Source of the DNA: an uncultured Desulfobulbaceae bacterium
Lineage (GTDB): Bacteria > Desulfobacterota > Dissulfuribacteria > Dissulfuribacterales > DYLC01
Assembly: GCA_964427245.1 (NCBI GenBank)
Contig: CAYRSX010000005.1
Coordinates: 3,354 to 67,353 of the forward strand
Direction: 5' to 3'
DNA length: 64,000 bases
The translations under genes were made by a program, and so were the position numbers. The notes beneath the pieces are model-generated. The model saw nothing but the letters and a program-made list of their open reading frames with translations, did no database searches and was not told the DNA's origin. Below are positions 18,887-27,212 of the stretch, in pieces; position 1 is the first letter of the stretch; each line of letters begins with the position of its first letter.

Positions 18887-19594
18887 ATGTTCAAACATCA
18901 AAAAGAAAAAAAGGCATTCGTTCAGCAAAAATTCAGCGCGGTCTCCACAAAATACGACCTCCTGAATTCACTTCTAAGTCTGGGCATCGACCGCTTATGG
19001 CGCAACAATACCGCAAAGGAGTTTAAAGAATGCTCGAGTGGCCTGATACTGGATCTCTGCGCAGGCACCCTGCCCCTCTCTCGTGTGCTATATAACAGGC
19101 TCAACCTCTCAGTAATCGGCCTAGATTTCTGTTACAATATGCTGGCCTATGGACAAAAAAGACTGACACACAAGGAAAAAGAGGCCATAACACCTATATG
19201 CGGAGACGGCGAGGCCCTGCCATTCAAAAATAACGTTTTTGCAGGGGCCACCGTGGCCTTTGGCGTGCGAAACCTTGGAAATATCGAAAAAGGCATAAGC
19301 GAACTGTATCGCGTACTGAAATCCAATGGCAAATTGGCTGTCTTGGAATTTTCACGGCCTAAAAATCCGATTTTCGCCCCTTTTTATCGATTTTATCTGC
19401 ATAAAATCCTGCCCGTAATCGGAGGTGCTATCTCAGGTGACAAGGCCGCCTATGTCTATTTGGCCGAGTCCATAGAGGCCTTCATGGCTCCGGAAGCCCT
19501 GTGCAACCTGCTCAGAAAAAGCGGTTTCCAAAATATAAAACACCGACCTATAAATTTGGGCATAGTCACACTTTATACAGCAGCAAAACCATGA
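18887..19594 (+). CDS. ubiE: Demethylmenaquinone / ubiquinone C-methyltransferase
   Basis: 235 aa with 'FSAVSTKYDLLNSLLSLGIDRLWR', SAM motif 'ILDLCAGTL' and 'LAVLEFSRP'. Confidence 0.9.
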   Translation: MFKHQKEKKAFVQQKFSAVSTKYDLLNSLLSLGIDRLWRNNTAKEFKECSSGLILDLCAGTLPLSRVLYNRLNLSVIGLDFCYNMLAYGQKRLTHKEKEAITPICGDGEALPFKNNVFAGATVAFGVRNLGNIEKGISELYRVLKSNGKLAVLEFSRPKNPIFAPFYRFYLHKILPVIGGAISGDKAAYVYLAESIEAFMAPEALCNLLRKSGFQNIKHRPINLGIVTLYTAAKP

Positions 19595-20130
19595 GCCCCA
19601 AAACAGGCTTCAGCGACATTTTCATCTACACGGACGGCGCTTGTTCAGGAAATCCAGGGCCTGGCGGCTGGGGGGTGTTTTTGAAGTGGAATGACCATGA
19701 AAAGAGACTTTACGGCTGGACTCGGCGCACAACCAACAACCGCATGGAGCTGTTGGCCGTTATCCGCGGTCTTGAGGCCGTCAAAACAAACACTATTCCC
19801 ATTCTCATCACCACCGACTCTCAATATGTAATGGCAGGGCTGACGCGATGGATGCCCAAATGGAAACAAAACGGTTGGAAGACATCACAAAAGAAGGCTG
19901 TAAAAAACAGTGACCTCTGGCAAAGACTCGATACCCTGTGCAAAAAATTTTTACTTCAGTGGCAATGGGTCAAAGGCCATGATGGCCATACGGAAAACGA
20001 AATTGCAGACCAGCTGGCGCGCAAGGCCATACAAAAAGGGCTGAGCGGCGAACTTCCGGAGGACAAGATGGGCAGTATCAAGCCAACGGATAACAGCAAT
20101 TCAAGCCAACCACTTGCAGAAAACGAGTAA
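19591..20130 (+). CDS. rnhA: Ribonuclease HI
   Basis: 'IYTDGACSGNPGPGGWGV', 'TTNNRMELLAV' and 'WVKGHDGHTENEIADQLA'. The ATG at 19591 overlaps the ubiE stop (ATGA). Confidence 0.9.
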   Translation: MSPKTGFSDIFIYTDGACSGNPGPGGWGVFLKWNDHEKRLYGWTRRTTNNRMELLAVIRGLEAVKTNTIPILITTDSQYVMAGLTRWMPKWKQNGWKTSQKKAVKNSDLWQRLDTLCKKFLLQWQWVKGHDGHTENEIADQLARKAIQKGLSGELPEDKMGSIKPTDNSNSSQPLAENE

Positions 20131-20141
20131 CTACAGGGAAT

Positions 20142-20858
20142 ATGCCGATATTTCTGCTGAGTTCGGAACTAAGTTTTCCATCGCCTAATCTGGCTGATGC
20201 CACCGGCTTTCTGGCCATAGGTGGGGATTTGAGGCCGGAACGCCTGATACTTGCCTATTTAAACGGCATCTTCCCATGGTATAATGCAGAAGAGCCCATT
20301 TTATGGTGGTCACCTAATCCAAGACTGGTCCTGTTCCCGTCTGATCTCCATGTCTCCAAAAGACTTAAGCGCACTCTGCGTTCCAACCGATTTCAAATTA
20401 CATTTGACTCAGCCTTTGAACAGACCATAAAGGCCTGCGGAGAAAGCAGACTTGCAAGAGGGGAAGACACCTGGCTCAATAAGGATATGATACAGGCCTA
20501 TATAACACTCCACGAAATGGGCCTTGCCCATTCGGCTGAGGCTTGGCTGAATGGTGAACTTGTGGCCGGGCTTTATGGCGTTGCCATCGGGCAAGTATTT
20601 TATGGAGAATCCATGTGGACAAAGGTTACAGACGCCTCCAAAACAGCCTTTGTAACGCTAGTCCATAAACTGGTGGAATGGAACTTTCAATTGATAGACT
20701 GTCAGGTCACAACCACTCATCTACTCTCATTTGGTGCAAAAGAGATACCGCGCACTTTATTTTTGCAGCTTGTGCACAAATATGTCCGGCTTAAAAACAA
20801 AGCACCCACTGTGAGCTGGAACAGTGATACAGTTCCACAACTCAACAGCGCAACTTAA
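20142..20858 (+). CDS. aat: Leucyl/phenylalanyl-tRNA--protein transferase
   Basis: 238 aa with 'GGDLRPERLILAYLNGIFPWY', 'ILWWSPNPRLVL' and 'HSAEAWLNGELVAGLYGVAIGQVFYGESMW'. Confidence 0.9.
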   Translation: MPIFLLSSELSFPSPNLADATGFLAIGGDLRPERLILAYLNGIFPWYNAEEPILWWSPNPRLVLFPSDLHVSKRLKRTLRSNRFQITFDSAFEQTIKACGESRLARGEDTWLNKDMIQAYITLHEMGLAHSAEAWLNGELVAGLYGVAIGQVFYGESMWTKVTDASKTAFVTLVHKLVEWNFQLIDCQVTTTHLLSFGAKEIPRTLFLQLVHKYVRLKNKAPTVSWNSDTVPQLNSAT

Positions 20859-20881
20859 CATTTTTTAGTTGCGCACTTTTT
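20848..20881 (+). terminator. Possible intrinsic terminator after aat, with a duplicated 3' arm
   Basis: 8-bp stem GCGCAACT (20848-20855) / AGTTGCGC (20867-20874) followed by ACTTTTT. The 14-nt segment 'ttttagttgcgcac' occurs twice in tandem (20863-20876 and 20878-20891), which allows an alternative pairing. Confidence 0.4.
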
Positions 20882-20949
20882 AGTTGCGCACTCCTCTGAC
20901 ATCCTGTAATCTTCAAAATATAATAAGACAAACACTCAGGAGGACCTTC

Positions 20950-21341
20950 ATGGAATACGCCATTCCTCTGGACATCTACACCAGACTTGAAGAAAAAATG
21001 GGAAAAGAGTCCGCCGAGATCATTACCACCGCACTGGAAGCCACCATCAAAGAGGCCATTCGTGAAGGAAGAGAAACCCTAAAATACGAGGTATCAGAGG
21101 AAAAAAGGAATTGGCTTCAAAATACGACGTTGCATTGGTGAAAAAAGAAATAGATGTGGTTAGAAAAGAAATAGATGTAGTTAGAAAAGAACTAGATGTA
21201 GTTAGAAAAGAAATAGAGATGGTACGGCTGGAATTTAAAAAAGACCTGCGAATCACCACCATAATACTGCTCACAGCAATCATATTTCTAAACCAAAACT
21301 CCTTAGAATTCATCGCAAGAATACTGGGACTACTTAAATAA
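20950..21341 (+). pseudogene. Frameshifted small coiled-coil protein with a C-terminal TM helix (DUF1640-like architecture)
   Basis: AGGAGG (20937-20942) precedes the ATG at 20950. Frame 1 reads MEYAIPLDIYTRLEEKMGKESAEIITTALEATIKEAIREGRETLKYEVSEEK and then runs out of frame at the A6 run 21101-21106. The -1 frame (one nucleotide back) continues ELASKYDVALVKKEIDVVRKEIDVV...TTIILLTAIIFL.. to 21341. Inserting one A would give a single 130-aa ORF. Confidence 0.6.
21138..21242 (+). repeat. 21-bp tandem repeat (4 good copies plus 1 degenerate) encoding heptads V(K/R)KE(I/L)(D/E)(V/M)
   Basis: gtgaaaaaagaaatagatgtg / gttagaaaagaaatagatgta / gttagaaaagaactagatgta / gttagaaaagaaatagagatg / gtacggctggaatttaaaaaa, read directly from the sequence. 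Confidence 0.9.
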
Positions 21342-21382
21342 ACAGTCTAAAAAATCTATAAAAGAGAGAGGGAAGCAAACAA

Positions 21383-23029
21383 ATGGCAGGTCCTGCGCCA
21401 CAGATAGGCAGATTGCTGGAAGCAAAAGGGCTTATTAACCAAAATCAGATACAATTCGCCCTGCGAGAACAACAGGCCACAGGTGAACGTATTGGAGAAT
21501 GTCTCATTCGCCTGGGCATGACCACTGACTCGGAACTGGCTCAAGTACTGAGCGAACAGAGCAATCAGCCATTCATGGATCTGAGAAGTTTCACGCCAGA
21601 CAAGCAGGTGCTGAAACGGCTTCCTGTGCAGATAGCCCGTCAAAAACAGGTACTCCCGCTTTATGTACAGGATAATCAACTGTATGTGGCCATTTCCGAC
21701 CCATATGACACCACGATCCTTGAAACTCTCTTTCGGCACGTGAGACTTCCCATCAAAATAAATATAGGAGCAAAAAACGAATTACAAAAACTCATAGAGC
21801 GATTCTATTACCTTTTGGAACACCCTATTGAAGAAGAATTGGAAAATATTACACAGGGACTGCGCCGAAACCCAACTCTCGAAATTGACATCAACAGGTT
21901 GCTGGACATGCTGCTTTCCGCATCTATCAGCTATCGCGTAACTGACATACACCTAACTCCCAGTGACCTCTCCAGCCGTATCATGTACCGCATAGACGGC
22001 GTATTGAATTTCAATAATGTATTCCCCATATCCATTCACAACCGAATCATAACAACCATCAAGGTACGCTCCGGCATGGACATCTCAGAGCAAAGAAAAC
22101 CGCAGGACGGCCACATGTCCTTTGAGTTTCTGGGGGATGCCTTTGATATTCGCGTCTCCACCATGCGCACCAACAACGGTGAAAACTGCGTCATGCGTCT
22201 GCTTCCATCCAAGGGTGGTATGAGTATCGGCATACGCGAACTGGGCTTTGAAAAGGATCAGGAAGAACTGCTGCTGAAGCTCTTCAGCAAGCCCTACGGT
22301 ATGGTGCTGGTGACAGGCCCTACTGGAAGCGGTAAGACCACCACGCTTTATGCAGCACTTCGGCAACAGGATGCCATAGGCAAAAATATTCTAACAGTAG
22401 AAGACCCGATAGAATACAACTTCTCTCTAATTCGCCAGACACAGGTAAATGAAAAGGCTGGTTATACCTTTTCTGCAGCCATTCGCACATTTTTGCGCCA
22501 GGATCCGGATGTAATACTGGTAGGTGAGATTCGTGACGAGGAAACGGCCATACTGGCTGTGAGAGCTGCCCTCACCGGCCATTTAGTGCTTTCGACTCTG
22601 CACACCAACACGGCCATAGGCTCCATAGCCCGTTTGAACGACCTGGGAATATCTCCGCTACTGCTCTCCAATGCCCTTGTAGGAGTGCTGGCTCAAAGAC
22701 TTGTTCGCAAACTCTGCCCTGACTGCAAACAACCCTATCAGCCCGATGAAGCCACATTAAAACACTATAATCTACCGGAAGGCGAAACTTATTATTTACC
22801 AGGCCGGTGTCCCAAGTGTAGAAATACAGGCTATCGAGGCCGTTCATCCATTGGAGAGATACTGCTCTGTGACAAAAACATATTGAAACTTATAGCCGAT
22901 AACGCCCCTCCAAACATCATAGAGGCCGAGGCCAGAAAAAACGGCTTCAAGACCCTGTGGGAAGCCGGTATTCAAAAGGTCATAAAAGGTGAAACAACCA
23001 TCGAAGAACTCAACAGAGTGATTGTCTAA
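21383..23029 (+). CDS. Type II/IV secretion ATPase (GspE/PilB/MshE family) with an MshEN-like N-terminal domain
   Basis: 548 aa. Walker A 'GPTGSGKTTT', Asp box, Walker B 'ILVGEIRDEET', His box 'GHLVLSTLHTN' and tetracysteine 'CPDC...CPKC' are present. The N-terminus has two 24-residue 'xIGxxLxxxGxI....L...L..Q'-type motifs. Confidence 0.9.
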   Translation: MAGPAPQIGRLLEAKGLINQNQIQFALREQQATGERIGECLIRLGMTTDSELAQVLSEQSNQPFMDLRSFTPDKQVLKRLPVQIARQKQVLPLYVQDNQLYVAISDPYDTTILETLFRHVRLPIKINIGAKNELQKLIERFYYLLEHPIEEELENITQGLRRNPTLEIDINRLLDMLLSASISYRVTDIHLTPSDLSSRIMYRIDGVLNFNNVFPISIHNRIITTIKVRSGMDISEQRKPQDGHMSFEFLGDAFDIRVSTMRTNNGENCVMRLLPSKGGMSIGIRELGFEKDQEELLLKLFSKPYGMVLVTGPTGSGKTTTLYAALRQQDAIGKNILTVEDPIEYNFSLIRQTQVNEKAGYTFSAAIRTFLRQDPDVILVGEIRDEETAILAVRAALTGHLVLSTLHTNTAIGSIARLNDLGISPLLLSNALVGVLAQRLVRKLCPDCKQPYQPDEATLKHYNLPEGETYYLPGRCPKCRNTGYRGRSSIGEILLCDKNILKLIADNAPPNIIEAEARKNGFKTLWEAGIQKVIKGETTIEELNRVIV

Positions 23030-24231
23030 TGACTGTATTCAAATACACAGCACTCAATCCTGCCGGGGATCTGATTCAAGAAGAAGGCGAATTCCCGTCT
23101 ATAGAAGAACTTTACCGCAATCTACTGCGCAAAAATCTCACACTTCTCAGCTATAAACGCAGGATACTCAATACCTCTCCTCGTATATTGCGCAGCATTA
23201 AACGACCAATTATGGCCGAATTTCTACGCAATCTGGCCCTTCTGATACGTGGTGGAGTACCAATTCGCCAGGCAGTGGAAGACCTATCCACAGGCCCAGG
23301 AGATGCCACAGTAAACCAGGTACTACAAAAGCTATTGGTCAGATTAGACGAAGGCCTGCTGCTTTCAGAAGCAATGAGAGAACAACCCCATTACTTTCCC
23401 AAGATTCTCATCACACTGGCCAGCCTCGGAGAAGAAACAGGCTCTCTGGACCGCACGTTAGAAGATGCATCTCGGCATATCACACGCATAGATGAATTGA
23501 TCCGCTCCACCAAACGAGCGGTCTCATATCCCCTCTTCGTCATTGTAGCAATGATTAATGCTCTGGGCTTCTGGCTGCTCTATGTTTTACCCAAAATACT
23601 GGAACTCATAAATAATATGGGGCTCAAAGAGATTCCTTTAGCCACTCGAATACTGATTAAGTCCGTTGAAATATCCAAGACCTGGTGGCCGATAGTACCA
23701 GGTCTTTTTGTGCTGATTTTCATTTTATATCTCATTTCCCAAAAGAATATGAAGGTCAAATACTATTGGGACAAGTTTTGGATGTCCACGCCCATACTTG
23801 GTTCAGCCCTCACATCCTCTCAATATGCATTCTTATTTGAATATCTTTCACTGCTTACCAATGCAGGCATACAGATACTGACCGCCATGGAACTCATGGA
23901 GCAATCCATATCCAATCGAATAATCAGTCTAGCTGTAAAAAATATCAAAGAAGACATCATGATGGGGAACACACTTTCCCATGCCTTTACAAGCAGAAAA
24001 CTCTTTGAGCCATTCATATTGCGACTTATAAGTGTTGGGGAACAGACTGGGAATCTTTCTGAACAACTTTTGATACTTGCCAAACATTATATGGATAAAG
24101 TAAATAGATTGGTGGAGACTTTGTCCAAAACCATCGAGCCCGCTATGCTAATGATCGCAGGTTTTATCTTCATAATCATTGCGTTGGGATTACTGGGACC
24201 AATATACGAAGTCGTATCCCAACTCAAATAA
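23029..24231 (+). CDS. Type II secretion system F family platform protein (GspF/PilC/MshG-like)
   Basis: 400 aa with a duplicated T2SSF domain and three TM segments. The start overlaps the ATPase stop (TAATG). Confidence 0.85.
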   Translation: MTVFKYTALNPAGDLIQEEGEFPSIEELYRNLLRKNLTLLSYKRRILNTSPRILRSIKRPIMAEFLRNLALLIRGGVPIRQAVEDLSTGPGDATVNQVLQKLLVRLDEGLLLSEAMREQPHYFPKILITLASLGEETGSLDRTLEDASRHITRIDELIRSTKRAVSYPLFVIVAMINALGFWLLYVLPKILELINNMGLKEIPLATRILIKSVEISKTWWPIVPGLFVLIFILYLISQKNMKVKYYWDKFWMSTPILGSALTSSQYAFLFEYLSLLTNAGIQILTAMELMEQSISNRIISLAVKNIKEDIMMGNTLSHAFTSRKLFEPFILRLISVGEQTGNLSEQLLILAKHYMDKVNRLVETLSKTIEPAMLMIAGFIFIIIALGLLGPIYEVVSQLK

Positions 24232-24243
24232 AAGAGGAGAGCA

Positions 24244-25179
24244 GTGACGAACCAGGACTATCTGACATTCTTCGGTTTTAAGGAGCCACCGTTTCGCCTG
24301 TCGCCTGACCCATCTTTTTTCTTTCCCAGTAAGGCGCATGTGGCCGCCAAAGAGGTGTTGAAATTTGCCATCGATAGAGGCGAGGGCTTCATGGTGCTCA
24401 TCGGGCCTGCCGGATCGGGCAAAAGCCTGCTTTTACGCATGATACTCATGGAACTTTCGCCTCATAAAATACCAGCGGTAGTAGTCACACCCACAGCAGG
24501 ACCTGCCGGGCTCATTCGCATGCTTCTGGAAGAATTAGGTCGTTCAGCACCAACTACCGAAGACATCTCCATTTTGCTCAAGGAATTTCAAAATACTATT
24601 CTCGACCTGGCATCCCAGGGCAAAGAGGCCCTCATTGTCATTGATGAGGCGCAAAATCTTTCCATAGAGACCCTGGAGCAGCTGCGTATGCTCTCCAACA
24701 TCGAAACAAGCCAGCGTAAGCTCTTACAGATACTGCTGATAGGCCAGACGGAACTGGACAGCCTGCTTCAGGATGCCAGGCTGGGCCAGCTGACACAACG
24801 CATAGTGATAAAAGAGGCTCTTTCACCCTTTTCAACGAACGAAATCATCGAATACGTCAAATATAGGCTTGCCAAGGCAGGCAGAGGCGATATCGGCTTC
24901 AACAGAAAGGCTGCAACCAGGATTGCGGCCCTGACTCAAGGCATCCCCAGGCTCATCAATCGCCTTATGGACAGAACCCTCTTGATGAGTGCAGCAAAAG
25001 GCCTGACTCAAATAGACATCGCCACAATAGATGAAGCGCAAAAGACTCTACCTCAACCCCATAATACCAAACCAAAACTGACACATCTTTTTTTAAAGCC
25101 AGCCTTCTGGATTTTCATGACAGTATTTACTGTTATGCTGATAACAAGCGGACTGGCAATCTGGCATTTCACACGATAG
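24244..25179 (+). CDS. ExeA/GspA/MshM-like AAA ATPase with a C-terminal TM anchor
   Basis: 311 aa with 'FGFKEPPFRLSPDPSFFF', Walker A 'GPAGSGKS' and Walker B 'LIVIDEAQNL'. The terminal hydrophobic helix is 'FWIFMTVFTVMLITSGLAIW'. GTG start with an SD (GAGGAG). Confidence 0.8.
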   Translation: MTNQDYLTFFGFKEPPFRLSPDPSFFFPSKAHVAAKEVLKFAIDRGEGFMVLIGPAGSGKSLLLRMILMELSPHKIPAVVVTPTAGPAGLIRMLLEELGRSAPTTEDISILLKEFQNTILDLASQGKEALIVIDEAQNLSIETLEQLRMLSNIETSQRKLLQILLIGQTELDSLLQDARLGQLTQRIVIKEALSPFSTNEIIEYVKYRLAKAGRGDIGFNRKAATRIAALTQGIPRLINRLMDRTLLMSAAKGLTQIDIATIDEAQKTLPQPHNTKPKLTHLFLKPAFWIFMTVFTVMLITSGLAIWHFTR

Positions 25180-25195
25180 CTGAAAGAGAAAGGCC

Positions 25196-26743
25196 ATGCC
25201 ATTCAATACATCTACCTCAAAACAATTCAAAACAACCCTGCCTGAGAGTAACTTGTATTTTTTACAAAACACTCCTGATGCCTTGACTAAACCTGCTGCC
25301 CCTTCACTCAAAGAAACTCAAAGCGCCAACTTCATCTGGAATGGAGTCGGTCTTATTAACAGTGGGAAATTACCTGTCTTTACAGCACCCTTTGAGATTG
25401 ATATTCATAATGTTGCACTAAAAACAAAAAAGATATCCTGTATCCTCGACAGCAGACATGTCATTACAGCCACGGAAGAACTCCCTTCTCAACTGAAAGG
25501 AACTGTTCTGCAGTTGGCTGCAAAAGAACGTCTTCAGGCCAATGGCCATTGGATAGAAGGCCAGGAGATGGAAATGCACCTGCAACCTCTAAATGAAATG
25601 GGCCAAAACCGCCTCTACAATATCACCCTTATTCCTTCTCAAGAGATTCAAGGCATTTTGGAACTTCAGGGGCTTAATAACATTTCCTTTAATGGCATTT
25701 TTACCTTGATTCACTGCGTTTCAAGCCTGATCTCCACTCTACTCTCAGAACCTGTGATAGTGCTGTATTGTGAACGAAATTACCTGAAATTAATGGCCAT
25801 AGGCAACAAAATGGTCTATTTTCTGCAAATTATTCCCTATGAATCAGAAGACACTTTGCCTATGTTTATGTTAAATCAAGCCATAGATATTGCCAAAAAA
25901 AACGTAAAAAAGCTATACGGCCTGGACATTCAACATGTTATGCCCATTGGCCCCCGATATGACATCTGTATTTCGGAAAATATAAATGACATGCCACTTT
26001 TAAAACCAGAGTGGGAAAAGATACTGACAGCCCCTTCTTATGAGGATGTCACTCGTTTCCCCGGGTTATATGGCACATATTTTATAGATAATTCGCTAAA
26101 TTTAATGCCCAAAAGCTGGCGATATGGTCTGATCATACAAAAACTTAGCAAAATAACCACAATGTTGTCAGGGATCCTTGCGATTGGCATAGGAGGTTAC
26201 GGCGCATATCTCTACCATCTCAATCATAATCAGCAAATGGAATATCAAAGGCTGTATCATGCCATCTCAACCCGCCAAGCTGCAATTGCTGCAAATTTAC
26301 CAATTAATATCACAAAGGCAGAGTTAGAGAACTGGCTTAGTCTTAAAAAGGCCGCCACAGAAAGACCACGGCTGGACGACATACTGGCACGAATAGCAGA
26401 GGCGCTGGAACCTGATGTATCAGTAGTGACACTTCACATCTCCGCCATGCCACAGGGCCAAATTGCCACCACACCTGCTGCCAACAAACCATCAGGACCA
26501 GCAGAGCAACAGTTCAAAAATACACAGAATTTACCCACAGGCCCATTTCAGATATCTATTCAGATGGAAAGCAAAGGCACCTTTGAGGACACGAGAGTTC
26601 GTATCAATAACAGCCTTACAACTCTATGCAAAAATTTTCAACTAAGCGAACCTGATTGGCAATACGACGAAACACGACAAGTCTGCATACTGACATGTAA
26701 TATGACGACTAAATCCGTTCAATCCACTGCAAAGGCACAGTAA
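25196..26743 (+). CDS. Hypothetical bitopic protein; candidate PilM-PilN/MshI-like assembly component
   Basis: 515 aa: about 330 aa of cytoplasmic region, one TM ('ITTMLSGILAIGIGGYGAYLY') and about 160 aa of periplasmic region. The assignment rests only on size, topology and operon position. Confidence 0.45.
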   Translation: MPFNTSTSKQFKTTLPESNLYFLQNTPDALTKPAAPSLKETQSANFIWNGVGLINSGKLPVFTAPFEIDIHNVALKTKKISCILDSRHVITATEELPSQLKGTVLQLAAKERLQANGHWIEGQEMEMHLQPLNEMGQNRLYNITLIPSQEIQGILELQGLNNISFNGIFTLIHCVSSLISTLLSEPVIVLYCERNYLKLMAIGNKMVYFLQIIPYESEDTLPMFMLNQAIDIAKKNVKKLYGLDIQHVMPIGPRYDICISENINDMPLLKPEWEKILTAPSYEDVTRFPGLYGTYFIDNSLNLMPKSWRYGLIIQKLSKITTMLSGILAIGIGGYGAYLYHLNHNQQMEYQRLYHAISTRQAAIAANLPINITKAELENWLSLKKAATERPRLDDILARIAEALEPDVSVVTLHISAMPQGQIATTPAANKPSGPAEQQFKNTQNLPTGPFQISIQMESKGTFEDTRVRINNSLTTLCKNFQLSEPDWQYDETRQVCILTCNMTTKSVQSTAKAQ

Positions 26744-27201
26744 TGAACAAACTACCAGCAGTCTCCATCAAGACTCTCATAATTCAGATAATCACAGCAA
26801 TCATTTTGTGTATCGGTTTGGCTTTTTATATATGGCAACACCACATACAACAGCAATTACAAAAAACACTCATTGATTTACAACGTTATCAAAGTCAATT
26901 ACATATTATAGAAGAACAACGTCAACAATATAACAAATTACATCAACAATATACTTATGCCATGAATACAAAATGGAAGAACATGGTTTTTCAATGGGAT
27001 GGTATAACTTTTGAGGAATTACAACATCGCATCGACACACTTTACTCTGATTGCAACATATTGCTTCCAGAACACCTTGAAATAAAAAAGATTCAACCCA
27101 AATCAGATACACAGCAAGTGATTGCGACCAATGATTCCATGGGTTACAGTATCAAACTCAAAATATCAGGGCAATGGCTCTGCGATACATCTACTCAATA
27201 A
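26743..27201 (+). CDS. Hypothetical N-terminally anchored protein; candidate PilO/MshJ-like component
   Basis: 152 aa: TM 'LIIQIITAIILCIGLAFYIW', then a Gln-rich coiled coil. The start overlaps the upstream stop (TAATG). Confidence 0.4.
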   Translation: MNKLPAVSIKTLIIQIITAIILCIGLAFYIWQHHIQQQLQKTLIDLQRYQSQLHIIEEQRQQYNKLHQQYTYAMNTKWKNMVFQWDGITFEELQHRIDTLYSDCNILLPEHLEIKKIQPKSDTQQVIATNDSMGYSIKLKISGQWLCDTSTQ

Positions 27202-27212
27202 ATCTACACGCT

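Noticed and set aside
21097-21113. Programmed -1 ribosomal frameshifting of the dnaX type at the A-run
   Set aside because: In the zero frame the codons are GAA-AAA-AGG. The classical X-XXY-YYZ heptamer (A-AAA-AAG) is therefore out of register, and I see no obvious downstream hairpin or upstream SD-like stimulator. A homopolymer indel (sequencing error or mutation) is the simpler explanation. This is kept only as a minor alternative in the finding.
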